Numbered from the stretch's first letter, positions 49,242 to 62,466 are shown. The stretch is DNA of 64,000 bases from an uncultured Candidatus Binatia bacterium (GCA_965242525.1 OZ251459.1:2208001-2272000), one strand, 5' to 3'. The notes: generated from the letters alone by a model not told the origin. Numbers and translations: made by a program.

Positions 49242-50264
49242 CTACGCCGTCTCCTTCTGGTCGGCCTGCTTCCGGCTGTCGAGCTCCGCGCGGCCGGGGA
49301 ACTGGTCCAGCTTCATGCCCAACTCCAACCCCAGCTCTTCGAGCAGCTCCTTGATCTCGTTCAGGGACTTGCGTCCGAAGTTCTTGGTCTTGAGCATGTC
49401 CTGCTCGGTCTTCTGCACCAGTTCCCCGATGTACTTCAGGTCCGCGTTCTGCAGGCAGTTCTGCGCCCTGACCGAGAACTCCAGGTCCTCCACCGCGCGG
49501 AACAGGTTCTCGTTGAGCTGCTCGGAGTCGGTCTCGGACCCGGCTTCGTCCGGCTCCGACCCCTCCGGGAAGTTGATGAAGATCGCCACCTGGTCCTGGA
49601 GGATCCGCGCCGCGTACGCCAGCGCGTCCTCGGGCTTCTCGCTCCCGTCGGTCCACACCTCCATGACCAGCCGGTCGTAGTCCGTGCGCTGGCCCACCCG
49701 CGCGTTGGTCACCGTGAAGTTGACCTTGCGGATGGGAGAGAAGACCGCGTCCATGAAGATGGTGTCCACGGGCAACTCCTCTTCCCGGTTGCGTTCCGCG
49801 GGCACGTAGCCCTGGCCCATCCGCGCCACCATCGTGGCGTTCAGCCGCCCCTCCGTGGAAAGCGTCACGATGCGATGCTCGGGGTTGAGGATCTCCACGT
49901 TCGGACCCCGGACCAGGTCCCCGGCCAGGACCTCTTTCGGGCCGGCCGACTCGATGCGGATCTCCTCCCTCTCGGAATCGTGCAGCTTGAGCCGTACTTC
50001 CTTCAGGTTCAGGATGATGTCGGTCACGTCTTCGGCGGCGCCCGGGATCGTGGAGAACTCGTGCAGCGCGTCGTGGATCTGCACGGAGGTGAGGGCCGCG
50101 CCCCTGAGCGACGACAGCAGGATGCGGCGCAGGCTGTTGCCGATGGTCTGGCCGAACCCTCGCTCGAAGGGTTCCCCCACGAACTTGCCGTAGGTCGGGG
50201 ACAGGCTCTTCCCGTCCACCTCCACGGCTTCAGGTTTGATCAACTCGCTCCAATGCTTGTGCAT
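49242..50264 (-). CDS. rpoA: RNA polymerase alpha subunit
   Basis: EPFERGFGQTIGNSLRRILLSS, NFGRKSLNEI. Confidence 0.98.
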   Translation of the reverse strand: MHKHWSELIKPEAVEVDGKSLSPTYGKFVGEPFERGFGQTIGNSLRRILLSSLRGAALTSVQIHDALHEFSTIPGAAEDVTDIILNLKEVRLKLHDSEREEIRIESAGPKEVLAGDLVRGPNVEILNPEHRIVTLSTEGRLNATMVARMGQGYVPAERNREEELPVDTIFMDAVFSPIRKVNFTVTNARVGQRTDYDRLVMEVWTDGSEKPEDALAYAARILQDQVAIFINFPEGSEPDEAGSETDSEQLNENLFRAVEDLEFSVRAQNCLQNADLKYIGELVQKTEQDMLKTKNFGRKSLNEIKELLEELGLELGMKLDQFPGRAELDSRKQADQKETA

Positions 50265-50290
50265 GGGATCTCCAACACGGTTGACGGCGG

Positions 50291-50917
50291 TTACTTGGAA
50301 TACAACTCGACGATGAGCTTCTCGTTGATGGGCGTCGTCACGTCGCTGCGGCTCGGAAGGACCTTGACGGTGCCCGAGAAGCTCTCCGGGTTCAGCTCCA
50401 CCCAGTCCGGCACGCCCCGCCGTTGGGCCCCTTCCATGGCCGAGAGCACCCGCTCCGACTTGCGGCTCTTCTCGGCCACCGCCACCACGTTCCCCACCGC
50501 CACGCGGAACGAAGGGATGGTCACGCGCCGCCCGTTCACCGTCACGTGGCCGTGCCGCACCAGCAGGCGGGCGTCCCCCCGGGAACACGCGAAACCGAGC
50601 CGATAGACCACGTTGTCGAGGCGCCGCTCCAGCAGCGCCAGCAGGGTCTCCCCGGTGATCCCCCGGGACTTCTCCGCGGTCTCGAAGCTGCCCCGGAACT
50701 GCTTCTCCAGCAGGCCGTACATGCGCTTGACCTTCTGCTTCTCCCGGAGCTGGAGGCTGTACTCGGAGAACTTGAGGCGCCTCTGGCCGTGTTGGCCCGG
50801 AGGGTAGCTGCGCCGTTCGATGGCGCACTTGTCCGTGTAGCACCGTTCCCCCTTGAGGAACAGTTTCATGTTCTCTCGCCGACAGAGCCGGCAGACCGGA
50901 CCATGGTACCTGGCCAC
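50291..50917 (-). CDS. rpsD: 30S ribosomal protein S4
   Basis: [27 protein letters not shown]. Confidence 0.98.
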   Translation of the reverse strand: MARYHGPVCRLCRRENMKLFLKGERCYTDKCAIERRSYPPGQHGQRRLKFSEYSLQLREKQKVKRMYGLLEKQFRGSFETAEKSRGITGETLLALLERRLDNVVYRLGFACSRGDARLLVRHGHVTVNGRRVTIPSFRVAVGNVVAVAEKSRKSERVLSAMEGAQRRGVPDWVELNPESFSGTVKVLPSRSDVTTPINEKLIVELYSK

Positions 50918-50930
50918 TGGCTATCTCCTC

Positions 50931-51341
50931 TCAGACCCGCCGGCGCTTGGGCGGGCGGCAGCCGTTGTGGGGGATGGGGGTCACGTCCTTGATCAGGCTG
51001 ATGTTCAACCCCGCGGACTGGAGGGAGCGCAAGGCCGACTCCCTGGCCGAGCCCGGCCCGCGCACATAGACCTGTATCGAATGCATGCCGTGGTCCATGG
51101 CCTTGCGCGCCGCGTTGTCGGCCGCCTGCTGGGCCGCGAAAGGCGTGCCCTTGCGGGAGCCCTTGAAGCCGATGGCGCCGGCGCTGGACCATGCCACCAC
51201 GTTGCCCTGGGGGTCGGATATGGTGATGATCGTGTTGTTGAACGTGGAATGGATATGCGCCACCCCTTCGGCAACCTGCTTCCGTCCGCGCCTCTTCCTC
51301 GGCGCCCTCGCTTCGCGCGCTTTCTTCGTGGCCTGCGCCAT
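50931..51341 (-). CDS. rpsK: 30S ribosomal protein S11
   Basis: [25 protein letters not shown]. Confidence 0.98.
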   Translation of the reverse strand: MAQATKKAREARAPRKRRGRKQVAEGVAHIHSTFNNTIITISDPQGNVVAWSSAGAIGFKGSRKGTPFAAQQAADNAARKAMDHGMHSIQVYVRGPGSARESALRSLQSAGLNISLIKDVTPIPHNGCRPPKRRRV

Positions 51342-51395
51342 GGCTGCTCCTGTTCTGGTTCGGTCCGGCAGGGGCCGGGGGGCCTCGACGGTCCC

Positions 51396-51779
51396 CTAGC
51401 CCTTGGACGGCGGTTTCTTCTTTCCGGCGATGGTCCTGCGGGGACCCATGCGGGTGCGCGCGTTGGTGTGCGTGCGCTGCCCCCTCACCGGCAGTCCCCG
51501 CCTGTGCCGGATCCCGCGATAGGTCCCGATGTCCATGTGGCGCTTGATGTCCATGGTGACGTCGCGCCGCAGGTCTCCCTCGACCTTGACTTCCTGGTCG
51601 ATGATCCGGCGGATCACCACCACCTGGTCGTCGGACAGATCGTCGGACTTGAGTTGCAGCGGGATCCCCGCCTCCCTCAGGATGTTTCGGGACGTAGTAG
51701 CGCCGATTCCGTAGATGTAGGTCAGCGCCACTTCCATACTCTTTTTCCTGGGCAGGTCCACCCCGGCAATGCGCGCCAT
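51396..51779 (-). CDS. rpsM: 30S ribosomal protein S13
   Basis: [25 protein letters not shown]. Confidence 0.98.
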   Translation of the reverse strand: MARIAGVDLPRKKSMEVALTYIYGIGATTSRNILREAGIPLQLKSDDLSDDQVVVIRRIIDQEVKVEGDLRRDVTMDIKRHMDIGTYRGIRHRRGLPVRGQRTHTNARTRMGPRRTIAGKKKPPSKG

Positions 51780-51804
51780 GAATCACCCCCGTCGAATCAG
51801 TCCG

Positions 51805-51918
51805 TCACCCCTGCCGCTGGGCGTGCTTGCGGGTGACGCAGATGATCCGTACGACTCCCTTCCTGCGAACGATCTTGCACTTGTTGCAGATCTTCTTGAC
51901 CGAAGCTCTTACTTTCAC
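51805..51918 (-). CDS. rpmJ: 50S ribosomal protein L36 (absent from the ORF track)
   Basis: Manual translation from GTG: [37 protein letters not shown]. Confidence 0.95.
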   Translation of the reverse strand: MKVRASVKKICNKCKIVRRKGVVRIICVTRKHAQRQG

Positions 51919-51939
51919 TTCCGACCTCGTTCCGGCGCG

Positions 51940-52698
51940 CTAGAGACGGCTCAACACGTACGGCCCGTCCGCGGTGACCGCGATGGAGTGCTCGAAGTGG
52001 GCCGCGAGGCTGCGGTCCCGGGTGACCGCGGTCCAACCGTCGTCCAGGATGCGTATCTCCTTCTTCCCCGCGTTGACCATGGGCTCCACCGCCAGGACCA
52101 TCCCCGCCCGCAACCTGTGCCCCTTGCCCGCGTCGCCGTAGTTGGGCACCGGAGGCTCCTCGTGGAGCTTCCTGCCGATGCCGTGGCCCACGAACTCCCG
52201 CACCACCGAGTAGCCGGAACGCTCCGCGACGCCCTGTATGGCGCTGCCGAGGTCGCCCAGGCGGTTGCCCTCGCGCAGCATCTCGATGCCCTCGGCCAGG
52301 GCGGACTCGGTGACCCGCATGAGCCGCTCGGCTTCGGGGCTCACCCGGCCGAGGCCCACCGTCACCGCCGAGTCCCCGTAGAAGCCCTCATGGACCACCC
52401 CGAAGTCCATCCCCAGGATGTCCCCTTCCTTCAAGACACGGCTCGAAGGGACGCCGTGGACGATCTCCTCGTTGACCGAGGTGCACAGGCTGTGCCGGAA
52501 CACCCTGCCGGCCACCTCATAACCCTTGAACGCCGGCCGGGCCCCCTTCTCGCGGGTCAACCGCTCCGCCAACTCGTCCAGGTCCAGGGTCGTCATGCCG
52601 GGCCGCACGCTCTCCTTCAGCGCCGCCAGCACCTCCGCCACGATGACGTTGGCCCGGCGCATGGCCTCGATCTCGTCCCGGGACTTGAGATAGATCAT
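51940..52698 (-). CDS. map: Methionine aminopeptidase type I
   Basis: SVNEEIVHG, GHGIG..HEEP, AVEPM, AHFEH. Confidence 0.97.
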   Translation of the reverse strand: MIYLKSRDEIEAMRRANVIVAEVLAALKESVRPGMTTLDLDELAERLTREKGARPAFKGYEVAGRVFRHSLCTSVNEEIVHGVPSSRVLKEGDILGMDFGVVHEGFYGDSAVTVGLGRVSPEAERLMRVTESALAEGIEMLREGNRLGDLGSAIQGVAERSGYSVVREFVGHGIGRKLHEEPPVPNYGDAGKGHRLRAGMVLAVEPMVNAGKKEIRILDDGWTAVTRDRSLAAHFEHSIAVTADGPYVLSRL

Positions 52699-52731
52699 GT
52701 GGGGACCTGCCTTCGACCCGTCCCGGGCCCC

Positions 52732-54034
<1,303 letters not shown>

Positions 54035-54042
<8 letters not shown>

Positions 54043-54478
54043 GGGAAAGGACTTCGACCCGGCCCCCCGCGGCCTCGATCTTCTGCCTGGCGCTGCGGGA
54101 AAAGCCGTGGGCCTTTACCGTGAGCGGCTTGGACAACTCGCCCCGGCCCAGTATCTTCACCAACCCCCGGCGCGCCAACCCCTTCTCCCGCAAGGACTCG
54201 GGCGAGACCTCCTGGCCGGCGTCGAACAGGTCGAGTCCGTCCAGGTTCACCGGGACGTAGCGGGTCCGGAAGGGGTTGCGGAAGCCCCGCTTGGGGACCC
54301 GCCGGGTGAGCGGCATCTGGCCGCCCTCGAAGCCCGGCCGGACGCCGCCGCCGGAGCGGGCGCCCTGGCCCTTGTGCCCGCGGCCCGAGGTCTTGCCGTT
54401 GCCGGAGCCCGGGCCCCTGCCCACGCGCTTCCTGGCGCGCCGGGTCCCTCGCGCCGGGCGTAGATCATCCAGTTTCAT
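54035..54478 (-). CDS. rplO: 50S ribosomal protein L15
   Basis: [27 protein letters not shown]. Confidence 0.97.
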
Positions 54479-54492
54479 GGAACGGCGCCCCC

Positions 54493-54990
54493 TTATCGAA
54501 TCTCCGCCAGCGGCTTCCCCCGCAGGTCCGACACCTGCTCCGGGGACTTGAGGCTCTTGAGCGCCTCGAAGGTGGCCTTCACGAGGTTGTGCGGGTTGTT
54601 GGAGCCGATGCACTTGCTCAGGACGTTGGGAATGCCCGCGGCTTCGACTACGGCCCTCACCCCCGCGCCGGCGATGACCCCGGTGCCCGGGGCCGCGGGC
54701 TTGAGCAGGACGTGCCCCGCGCCGTACCGGCCGGTCACCTCGAACGGGATGCTGTCGTCCACCAGGGGCACCCGAACGAGCGTCTTCTTGGCGTGCTCGA
54801 CCCCCTTGCGAATGGCTTCAGGCACCTCGTTGGCCTTGCCCAGGCCGTACCCGACCACGGAGGCTTCGTCGCCCACCACCACCAGCGCGTTGAAGCTGAA
54901 GCGCCGTCCGCCCTTGACGACCTTGGCCACACGGCTGATGTGGATGACCTTCTCCTTCAAGTCCAGGCCCTGCGCATCCACTCGTTCCAA
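54493..54990 (-). CDS. rpsE: 30S ribosomal protein S5
   Basis: [19 protein letters not shown]. Confidence 0.97.
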   Translation of the reverse strand: MERVDAQGLDLKEKVIHISRVAKVVKGGRRFSFNALVVVGDEASVVGYGLGKANEVPEAIRKGVEHAKKTLVRVPLVDDSIPFEVTGRYGAGHVLLKPAAPGTGVIAGAGVRAVVEAAGIPNVLSKCIGSNNPHNLVKATFEALKSLKSPEQVSDLRGKPLAEIR

Positions 54991-55003
54991 AGCATCCCCC
55001 GAA

Positions 55004-55366
55004 TCAGAAGACGAGACCGGCTTCCCGCGCGGCCTCGGCCAAAGCCTTCACCCGTCCGTGGAAGAGGAACCCGTTGCGGTCGAACACCACCCGGGTAATC
55101 CGCTTCTCTCCGCACAGCCGGGCGATCTCCGCGCCCACCTGCCTGGCCGCGTCCACGCCCTTGCCCTGCCCGGGCGCCGCGTCCCCCCGGGACAGGGTCG
55201 AAGCGCTCAACAGCGTGACCCCGCGCTGGTCCGAGATGACCTGCGCATAGATGTGCCGGGAGCTCCGATAGACGCAGAGCCGGGGACGGTGGTCGCTCCC
55301 GACCACCCGCTTCCGCACGCTCCGTTGCCGCCGCTTGCGGCCCAGTACCTTCTTGCTCGTCAACAT
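55004..55366 (-). CDS. rplR: 50S ribosomal protein L18
   Basis: [22 protein letters not shown]. Confidence 0.97.
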   Translation of the reverse strand: MLTSKKVLGRKRRQRSVRKRVVGSDHRPRLCVYRSSRHIYAQVISDQRGVTLLSASTLSRGDAAPGQGKGVDAARQVGAEIARLCGEKRITRVVFDRNGFLFHGRVKALAEAAREAGLVF

Positions 55367-55388
55367 GGACCCACCCGGACCCGTCGGG

Positions 55389-55937
55389 TCAACCCGACCC
55401 GCCGCCCATGGCCTTGCCCGCCTTCCTCGCCACCGCCTCGCCCTGGTACCGGATGCCCTTGCCCTTGTAGGGCTCCGGCGGACGGAAGCGCCGCAGCTCG
55501 GCCGCGGCCTGGCCCAGCACCTGCTTGTCGTGGCACTCCAGGGTAATCACCGTCTGCCGCTCCACCGAAGCCGACACTCCCGCGGGCAGGGGGAACACCA
55601 CCGGATGCGAGAACCCCAGGGTCAGGTGCAGGGACCCGTCCCTGGACTCCGCTCGATAGCCGACGCCGTTGATCTCCAGCACCCTCCTGAACCCCTGGCT
55701 GACCCCTTCCACCATGTTGGCCAGCAGTTTCCGCGTAAGCCCGTGCAGGGACCTCTCGGACTTGCCGTCCCCGCTCCGGCGCACGTGCAGCGTGTCGCCC
55801 TCCACCTCCACCTGCACGCACGGGGGAACGCGGTGGGTCAACGTGCCCTTGGGACCCCGGACCCGTACCTCGGCGCCCTCGAAGGCCACCTGGACCGTTC
55901 CGGGAACCGTGATGGGCATCTTTCCTACGCGCGACAC
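55389..55937 (-). CDS. rplF: 50S ribosomal protein L6
   Basis: [18 protein letters not shown]. Confidence 0.97.
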   Translation of the reverse strand: MSRVGKMPITVPGTVQVAFEGAEVRVRGPKGTLTHRVPPCVQVEVEGDTLHVRRSGDGKSERSLHGLTRKLLANMVEGVSQGFRRVLEINGVGYRAESRDGSLHLTLGFSHPVVFPLPAGVSASVERQTVITLECHDKQVLGQAAAELRRFRPPEPYKGKGIRYQGEAVARKAGKAMGGGSG

Positions 55938-55949
55938 CGGAGCACCCCT

Positions 55950-56354
55950 CTAGCTCACCGAACAGAGCAACTCGCCGCCGACTTTGGACTTCACCGCCTC
56001 CCGGTCCACGATGACCCCCTTGGGAGTGGACAGGATGTGGGTCCCCAGGCCCCGGCGGACCGGATGGATGTCCTTGTAGCCGAGATAGACCCGGCGTCCG
56101 GGACGGCTCACCCGCTTCAGTTGCGTCAGCACCGGCCGACGGTCCCGGTCGTACTTCAGGTGGATGCGGATGGTGTCCTGCACCTGCCCTTCCACCTTGA
56201 TGCGCCGGACCTGCTGCACGTAACCCTCCTCCACCAGCACCTTCGTGATGGCTTCCTTGAGGCGGGACCACGGCACGTCCACGGTCTGGTGGTTGGCCAT
56301 GCCGCCGTTCCGCATCCGCGTCAACATGTCCGCGATGGGGTCGGTCATACTCAT
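55950..56354 (-). CDS. rpsH: 30S ribosomal protein S8
   Basis: DPIADMLTR, SRPGRRVY, GGEL. Confidence 0.97.
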   Translation of the reverse strand: MSMTDPIADMLTRMRNGGMANHQTVDVPWSRLKEAITKVLVEEGYVQQVRRIKVEGQVQDTIRIHLKYDRDRRPVLTQLKRVSRPGRRVYLGYKDIHPVRRGLGTHILSTPKGVIVDREAVKSKVGGELLCSVS

Positions 56355-56369
56355 TCGAGACGCAGCCTC

Positions 56370-56555
56370 CTACCAACTTGCCTTGCTGAGCCCGGGGATC
56401 TCGCCCCGGCGCGCGTACAGCCGAAGGCAGATCCGGCACATGCGGAACCGGCGATAGAACGCCCTCGCCCTGCCGCAAAGCGGACAACGGTTGTATTGGC
56501 GGACCTTGAACCGGGGAGCCTGTTCCGCCTTGATGCGCAGACACTTCTTAGCCAC
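56370..56555 (-). CDS. rpsN: 30S ribosomal protein S14 (short, Zn-binding type Z)
   Basis: RCPLCGR..MCRIC..GEIPG; GTG start. Confidence 0.95.
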   Translation of the reverse strand: MAKKCLRIKAEQAPRFKVRQYNRCPLCGRARAFYRRFRMCRICLRLYARRGEIPGLSKASW

Positions 56556-57108
56556 TTGTCCTACCCCCGTCACCGGCGAACGGCATTCCGAGATGCCTGA
56601 GCAGGGCCCTGCCTTCGTCGTCGGTGGAAGCGGTGGTCACGATGGACACCGTCAACCCGTGCAACCGTTCCACCGACTCCGCCCTCACTTCCGGAAAGAT
56701 GATCTGCTCGCGGATGCCGAGCGAATAGTTCCCGCAACCGTCGAAGGAGCGGTCCGAGACGCCCTTGAAGTCCCGGACCTGGGGCAGGGCCACCTGGATC
56801 AGGCGGTCCAGGAACTCGTACATCCGCGCGCGCCGCAGGGTCACCAGGCACCCGATGGGATTGCCCCGGCGCAGCTTGAAGTTGGAGATGTCCTTCCGGG
56901 CCCGGGTCACCACCGGACGCTGGCCGCTGATGGCGGCCAACTCGGCCACCGCGGCGTCCAGCAGCTTGACGTTCTGCACCGCCTCGCCCACGCAGACGTT
57001 GATGGAGACGTTCTTCAGCCGCGGCGCCTGGAGCCGGTTGCGGTAGGCGAAGTCCGCCATCATGGCCGGTACGATCACCTCGTGGTACTTCTGTTCGAGC
57101 CTTGTCAT
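56548..57108 (-). CDS. rplE: 50S ribosomal protein L5
   Basis: FKLRRG.PIG..VTLR, FDG.GNYSLG, IFPE. Confidence 0.97.
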   Translation of the reverse strand: MTRLEQKYHEVIVPAMMADFAYRNRLQAPRLKNVSINVCVGEAVQNVKLLDAAVAELAAISGQRPVVTRARKDISNFKLRRGNPIGCLVTLRRARMYEFLDRLIQVALPQVRDFKGVSDRSFDGCGNYSLGIREQIIFPEVRAESVERLHGLTVSIVTTASTDDEGRALLRHLGMPFAGDGGRTSG

Positions 57109-57137
57109 GGTCGATTCCCGCCAAGCCCGCGGCCGGG

Positions 57138-57455
57138 TCAGCCCAGCGCCTCGCCGCAGCGCCGGCAGACGCGCACCTTCTGCCCGTCCGCGAGGACCTT
57201 GCGCCCCGTGCGGACCGGAGCGTTGCACGGGTCGCACATGATCATGACGTTGGACACGTGGACCGAGGCTTCCTTCTCCACGATGCCTCCCGGTTGCTGC
57301 GGACTCCGGGCCCGGGTGTGGCGCTTGACCAGGTTCACCCGCTCGATGAACACGCGGCTCTTCTTCGGCAGCACCTTGATGACCTTGCCGGTCTTCCCGC
57401 GCTCCTTGCCGGCCACCACCATCACGTTGTCATCTTTGCGGACGAACAGGCTCAC
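57138..57455 (-). CDS. rplX: 50S ribosomal protein L24
   Basis: [29 protein letters not shown]. Confidence 0.95.
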   Translation of the reverse strand: MSLFVRKDDNVMVVAGKERGKTGKVIKVLPKKSRVFIERVNLVKRHTRARSPQQPGGIVEKEASVHVSNVMIMCDPCNAPVRTGRKVLADGQKVRVCRRCGEALG

Positions 57456-57820
57456 AGCACCTCCGGCGCCAGCGACACGATCTTCATGAAACGTTTGGCT
57501 CTCAGTTCCCGGGCCACCGGACCGAAGATCCGCGTGCCCACGGGCTCCTTCTGGTTGTCGATCAGCACCGCGGAGTTGTTGTCGAAGCGGATGTAGGAGC
57601 CGTCCACCCGGCTGAGCTCCTTGGCGGTCCGCACCACCACGGCCTTGACCACGTCCCCCTTGGGCACCTTGGAGTTGGGCATGGCCTCCTTGACGGACAC
57701 CACGATCACGTCGCCGATGCTGGCGTACTTCCGCCGGGTGCCGCCAAGCACCTTGATGCAGCGCACCCGTCTGGCGCCCGAGTTGTCCGCCACGTCCAGC
57801 ACCGTCCCCACCTGTATCAT
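57452..57820 (-). CDS. rplN: 50S ribosomal protein L14
   Basis: [18 protein letters not shown]. Confidence 0.98.
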   Translation of the reverse strand: MIQVGTVLDVADNSGARRVRCIKVLGGTRRKYASIGDVIVVSVKEAMPNSKVPKGDVVKAVVVRTAKELSRVDGSYIRFDNNSAVLIDNQKEPVGTRIFGPVARELRAKRFMKIVSLAPEVL

Positions 57821-57823
57821 CGG

Positions 57824-58135
57824 CTAGACCCCTGTGCTCCCCGGCGCCGGAGCCTGCGGAGCCGCGGCCCGGTCGGCCGCGCCGGGACGGTTCAGTATCC
57901 GGCTCACGCGCCAGCGCTTGTGGCGGCTGAGGGGTCGGCAGGCGGTGATGACCACCCTGTCCCCCACCTGGCATTCGTCGCGTTCGTCGTGGGCCTTCAC
58001 CCTGGTCCGGCGCCGCAGGTACTTCTTGTACCGCGCATGGAGGACGATCCGCTCCAACTCCACCACCACCGTCTTGGTCATGCGGTTGGTCCGCACCACG
58101 CCTTCCCGTTGCTTCGTGACGCCGCGCTCACTCAT
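57824..58135 (-). CDS. rpsQ: 30S ribosomal protein S17
   Basis: KTVVV, AHDE, RPLSRHKRW. Confidence 0.96.
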   Translation of the reverse strand: MSERGVTKQREGVVRTNRMTKTVVVELERIVLHARYKKYLRRRTRVKAHDERDECQVGDRVVITACRPLSRHKRWRVSRILNRPGAADRAAAPQAPAPGSTGV

Positions 58136-58343
58136 GGTCGCCTTCCCGCTTCGCAGGGAGCGCGCGTTCCCGGAGGACGGTCTCCACCCGCGCTATGTCG
58201 CGCCGGGACTGCCGCAGCTTCATGGGACTCTCCAGTTGGCCGGTGGCGCGCCGCAGGGTCAGGTGGAACAACTGCTCCTCGAACTCCGTGCGTTTCTGCC
58301 GCAACTCGTCCCGGCTCAACTCCCGCAATTCCTTCGCGCGCAT
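58128..58343 (-). CDS. rpmC: 50S ribosomal protein L29
   Basis: AKELRE..ATGQL..RRDIARV. Confidence 0.95.
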   Translation of the reverse strand: MRAKELRELSRDELRQKRTEFEEQLFHLTLRRATGQLESPMKLRQSRRDIARVETVLRERALPAKREGDHE

Positions 58344-58370
58344 GGACCCTCTCCGTAAGCCAGTACTGCG

Positions 58371-58775
58371 TCAACGCTCCACGAACGCGGTGGCCAGGCT
58401 CAGCTTGCGCGAGGCGAGCCGGAAGGCTTCCCGGGCCGCGTCCCGCTGGACCCCTTCCATCTCGAACAGCAGCTTGCCCGGCTTGACCACCGCCACCCAG
58501 GCGTGCAGCGGACCCTTGCCCTTGCCCATCCGCACCTCGGCCGGCTTCCGGGTGATGGGCTTGTCCGGGAAGACCCGGATCCACACCTTGCCGCCCCGCT
58601 TCAGGTAACGGGTGAGGGCGATACGCGCGGCCTCGATCTGGCGCGCGGTGACGTACCCCCGGTCCAGGGACTTCAAGCCGTAATCGCCGAAGGAAAGGTT
58701 CGCGCCCCGCTGGGCGAACCCGCCCCTCCGGCCCTTCTGCACCTTGCGGTACTTGATCTTCCTTGGTTCGAGCAT
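58371..58775 (-). CDS. rplP: 50S ribosomal protein L16
   Basis: RQIEAAR, RVFPDKP, RMGKGKG. Confidence 0.97.
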   Translation of the reverse strand: MLEPRKIKYRKVQKGRRGGFAQRGANLSFGDYGLKSLDRGYVTARQIEAARIALTRYLKRGGKVWIRVFPDKPITRKPAEVRMGKGKGPLHAWVAVVKPGKLLFEMEGVQRDAAREAFRLASRKLSLATAFVER

Positions 58776-58803
58776 GGCTCCGGTACGGTTGCGGCAGACG
58801 GCC

Positions 58804-59466
58804 CTACAGCCCCAGCGAGGCCTTCTGCTGTTCTTCCTTGGTGCTCAGGATCTCGCCGCGGAAGATCCACGCCTTGACCCCGATGACCCCATAGGTGGTC
58901 TTGGCCTCCGCCAGGCCGTAGCTCACGTCGGCCCGCAGCGTGTGCAGCGGCACGCGGCCCTCCCGGTACCATTCCGTGCGCGCGATCTCCTGGCCCCCCA
59001 GCCGGCCGCCGCACTGGATCCGGATCCCCTGGGCGCCCATGCGCAAGGCCCGGGAGACGCTTTCCTTCATGGCCCGGCGAAACGCCACCCGGCGTTCGAG
59101 CTGCAAGGCGACGTTCTCCGCCACCAACTGCGCGTCCAGGTCCGGCCTCCTCACCTCGTGGATGTTGATGAAGACCTCCCGGGGCGACAGCTTGGCCAAC
59201 TCCTCCTTCAACTTCTCGATCTCCGCGCCCTTCTTGCCGATGACGATGCCCGGACGCGCCGTGTGGATGTTGATCTTCGCCTTGTTGGTGGCCCGTTCGA
59301 TCTCGATCTTCGATATGCCCGCATGGTGGAGCCGCCCCTTGAGGAAGCCCTTGATCCGGAGGTCTTCGTGCAGCAACTCCGGGTAGTCGCTTCCCGCGTA
59401 CCACTTGGAGTCCCACGACTCGATGACGCGCATGCGGAAAACCTTCGGGTGGGTCTTCTGTCCCAT
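58804..59466 (-). CDS. rpsC: 30S ribosomal protein S3
   Basis: [26 protein letters not shown]. Confidence 0.97.
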   Translation of the reverse strand: MGQKTHPKVFRMRVIESWDSKWYAGSDYPELLHEDLRIKGFLKGRLHHAGISKIEIERATNKAKINIHTARPGIVIGKKGAEIEKLKEELAKLSPREVFINIHEVRRPDLDAQLVAENVALQLERRVAFRRAMKESVSRALRMGAQGIRIQCGGRLGGQEIARTEWYREGRVPLHTLRADVSYGLAEAKTTYGVIGVKAWIFRGEILSTKEEQQKASLGL

Positions 59467-59468
59467 GC

Positions 59469-59804
59469 TCAGCCCCTTTCGTCCACCACCACGGTCAGGT
59501 GGCTCAGACGCTTGCGGATACGGTTGGCGCGGCCCATTCCCCGGGGCATGAACCGTTTCCACATGCCGGCCTGACCGACTTCGGCCCACTTGACGTACAG
59601 CAGGTCCACGTTCACGCTCTGGGTGTCCTGGGCGTTGGCCACCGCGGAGCGAAGCGTCTTGGCCACGATGCCGGCGCAGCCCTTGGGCACGAACTTCAGC
59701 ATCGTCAGCGCCTCGTCCACCGACCGGCCCCTGACCTGATCGACCACGAGCCTCATCTTGCGAGGCGAGACCCGGGCGAACCTCGTGACCGCGCGCGCCT
59801 CCAT
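59469..59804 (-). CDS. rplV: 50S ribosomal protein L22
   Basis: [21 protein letters not shown]. Confidence 0.97.
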   Translation of the reverse strand: MEARAVTRFARVSPRKMRLVVDQVRGRSVDEALTMLKFVPKGCAGIVAKTLRSAVANAQDTQSVNVDLLYVKWAEVGQAGMWKRFMPRGMGRANRIRKRLSHLTVVVDERG

Positions 59805-59807
59805 GGC

Positions 59808-60101
59808 CTATCTCCTCTGGACCCCCCTGGCCTCGCCGCGGCGATCCCCTGCGTGGCCGTGGAACGTGCGCGTAGGCGAGAACTCCCCCAGCTTGTGGCC
59901 CACCATGTTCTCGGTCACGAACACCGGGAGGAACTTCCGTCCGTTGTGCACCGCCAAGGTGTGGCCGATCATCTCCGGGGTGACGGTGGAGCGCCGGGAC
60001 CACGTCTTGACCACCCTCTTGCCCTGGGACCGATTCATTTCCTCGATCTTGCGCATCAGGTGCTGGTCCACGAAAGGACCCTTCTTGATGGAGCGAGCCA
60101 T
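59808..60101 (-). CDS. rpsS: 30S ribosomal protein S19
   Basis: [19 protein letters not shown]. Confidence 0.97.
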   Translation of the reverse strand: MARSIKKGPFVDQHLMRKIEEMNRSQGKRVVKTWSRRSTVTPEMIGHTLAVHNGRKFLPVFVTENMVGHKLGEFSPTRTFHGHAGDRRGEARGVQRR

Positions 60102-60103
60102 GC

Positions 60104-60931
60104 CTACGTTCCCTTCCTGCGCTTCACGATGTACTTGTCCGAGGGTTTGACCCCCCGGGTCCGGTAGCCCTTGGTGGGCTTGCCCCAGGGCGTCTGGGGA
60201 TGGTTGCCCTTGGACCGCCCCTCGCCGCCGCCGTGGGGATGGTCCACCGGGTTCTTGGCGATGCCGCGGGTCACCGGCCTGCGGCCCAGCCACCGGGACC
60301 GGCCCGCCTTGCCGAAAGTGACGTTCTCGTACTCGCTGTTCCCCACCTCGCCCACGGTGGCGCGGCACTCGGAGCGGACGTTGCGCAACTCCCCGGACGG
60401 CAGCTTGAGCAGCGTGTAGGATCCCTCCTTGGCCATGACCTGGGCGGAGGCCCCCGCGCTCCGCACGATCTGGCCGCCCTTGCCCGCCTTGAGCTCCACG
60501 TTATGCACCAGCGTGCCGGTGGGGATGAACCTCAGGGGCAGGGAGTTCCCGGGCCGAATGTCGATGTCCTGGCGGCCGGCGATGATCCGGCCTCCGACCC
60601 GGAGCCCCTCCGGGGCCAGGATGTAGCGCCGCTCGCCGTCCAGGTAGCAGACCAGGGCCACGAGGGCGGAGCGGTTGGGGTCGTACTCGATGGCCTCCAC
60701 CCGACCGGGAACTCCCAGCTTGTCGCGCTTGAAGTCGATGGAGCGGTACCGCCGCTTGTGCCCGCCCCCGCGATGGTCCTTGGTGATCCTGCCCGTGTTG
60801 TTGCGCCCGCCGTGTCCCTTGAGCGGCAGCAGCAACGCCCGGTGCGGCGACTGCCGGGTAACCTCCTCGAAACCGAAGCCCGAAGCAAAACGGCGCCCGG
60901 GAGAGGTCGGGCGGCGGTTCTTGATGGACAT
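60104..60931 (-). CDS. rplB: 50S ribosomal protein L2
   Basis: [24 protein letters not shown]. Confidence 0.98.
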   Translation of the reverse strand: MSIKNRRPTSPGRRFASGFGFEEVTRQSPHRALLLPLKGHGGRNNTGRITKDHRGGGHKRRYRSIDFKRDKLGVPGRVEAIEYDPNRSALVALVCYLDGERRYILAPEGLRVGGRIIAGRQDIDIRPGNSLPLRFIPTGTLVHNVELKAGKGGQIVRSAGASAQVMAKEGSYTLLKLPSGELRNVRSECRATVGEVGNSEYENVTFGKAGRSRWLGRRPVTRGIAKNPVDHPHGGGEGRSKGNHPQTPWGKPTKGYRTRGVKPSDKYIVKRRKGT

Positions 60932-60946
60932 GGAACCCCCTTCCTC

Positions 60947-61237
60947 CTAACCCGCGCCGAAGAAGTCGATGCGGTCGCCTTCCTTGAGCGTGACGATGGC
61001 CTTCTTCCACAGGGGCAGCCGTCCGACGTTCCTGCCCACCCGCCGCTTCTTGCCCAGGTAGCGGGCGGTCCTCACGTTGAGGACCGTCACCTTGAACAGC
61101 GTTTCCACCTGTTGCCGGATCTCGATCTTGTTGGCGTCCGTGCGGACCTTGAAGACCACTTGGTTCGAGGACTCGTTCAGCATGGAGCCCTTCTCCGAGA
61201 TCAGCGGAGCGAGCACCGTGTTCCGGACGCCCCTCAT
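60947..61237 (-). CDS. rplW: 50S ribosomal protein L23
   Basis: PLISEK, ANKIEI, WKKAIVTL. Confidence 0.95.
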   Translation of the reverse strand: MRGVRNTVLAPLISEKGSMLNESSNQVVFKVRTDANKIEIRQQVETLFKVTVLNVRTARYLGKKRRVGRNVGRLPLWKKAIVTLKEGDRIDFFGAG

Positions 61238-61830
61238 GACGAGAACCTCTCCTCGATCTTTCCGAGCGCGCCCCGGGTCAACACCAGGTGCTCGAAGCGG
61301 AGCACGTCGTACACGTTCAACCCGGCCACTCGCAACGCCTTCACTCCGGGCAGGTTCCGCGCGGACAGCTCGATCTTCTCCTCGCCTTCCGCCACCACCA
61401 CCAGCGAGCTTCCCACCCCCAGGGAAGCCAGGGCCTCGGCCATGAGCCGGGTCTTGGCCTCGGAGAAGTCCGCTGCCTCCACCACCACCAGCTTCCCTTC
61501 CTCGCGCTTCAGGCTCAGGGCCGAGAGCACCGCCTGCCGGCGCGCCTGCTTGGGTATCCGGTACGAGTGGTCCCGGGGCAGGGGTCCGAACACGCGCCCG
61601 CCCCCGACCCAGATGGGCGACCGCACGCTGCCGGCCCGGGCCCGGCCCGAGCCCTTCTGGCGCCACGGCTTCCTGCCGCTTCCGCGCACCAGCCCGCGGG
61701 TCTTGGTGGAGGCCGTGCCGGCGCGGCGGTTGTTCAGTTGCATGACCACTGCCTGGTGCATCAGGTGGGGCCGCACCGCCACGCCGAATATGCTCATGGG
61801 GAGCTCGGGCTCGATCCTGCGAAGTTCCAT
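61234..61830 (-). CDS. rplD: 50S ribosomal protein L4
   Basis: KPWRQKGSGRARAG, GGGRVFGP, SARNLP. Confidence 0.97.
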   Translation of the reverse strand: MELRRIEPELPMSIFGVAVRPHLMHQAVVMQLNNRRAGTASTKTRGLVRGSGRKPWRQKGSGRARAGSVRSPIWVGGGRVFGPLPRDHSYRIPKQARRQAVLSALSLKREEGKLVVVEAADFSEAKTRLMAEALASLGVGSSLVVVAEGEEKIELSARNLPGVKALRVAGLNVYDVLRFEHLVLTRGALGKIEERFSS

Positions 61831-61833
61831 TCC

Positions 61834-62466
61834 CTACCCCTTGACCGCCCGGCGGACCAGGACCGTCCCGCCGTTGGAGCCCGGTATGGAGCCCTTCACC
61901 AGCAGGAGGTTCTCCTCCGCACGGACCGCGACCACCCGGAGGTTCTGGATCGAGACCCTCTCGTTGCCCCAGTGCCCGGCCATCCTCTTCCCCTTGAACA
62001 CCTTGCCCGGATAGGAGCGGTTGCCGATGGAGCCCCCGTGCCGGAAGTACTCGTGGGTGCCGTGGGTGCGGGAGAAGCCGCCGAAGTCCCAGCGCTTCAT
62101 GACCCCGGCAAAGCCCCTGCCCTTGGAACGGCCGGTGACGTCCACCCGGTCCCCGGGCTGGACCAGGTCCGCCACCTTGAGCTCCTGGCCCACCTCGTAG
62201 GCGGACACGTCGTCCATACGGAACTCCCGCAGCACCCGGAAGGAACCCCTCTCCGCCTTGGCCATGTGGCCGCGCAGAGGACGGTTGACCCGCTGGCTCT
62301 TCTGGGTCCCGAAACCGAGCTGCAGCGCGTTGTACCCGTCCTTCGCCACTTCCTTCTTCTGCACCACCACGCAGGGGCCGGTCTCCACCACGGTCACGGG
62401 CACCACGTTGCCCGTGTCGTCGAAGAGCTGGCTCATGCCGACTTTCCTTCCGATGAGACCATTCAT
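61834..62466 (-). CDS. rplC: 50S ribosomal protein L3
   Basis: [29 protein letters not shown]. Confidence 0.97.
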   Translation of the reverse strand: MNGLIGRKVGMSQLFDDTGNVVPVTVVETGPCVVVQKKEVAKDGYNALQLGFGTQKSQRVNRPLRGHMAKAERGSFRVLREFRMDDVSAYEVGQELKVADLVQPGDRVDVTGRSKGRGFAGVMKRWDFGGFSRTHGTHEYFRHGGSIGNRSYPGKVFKGKRMAGHWGNERVSIQNLRVVAVRAEENLLLVKGSIPGSNGGTVLVRRAVKG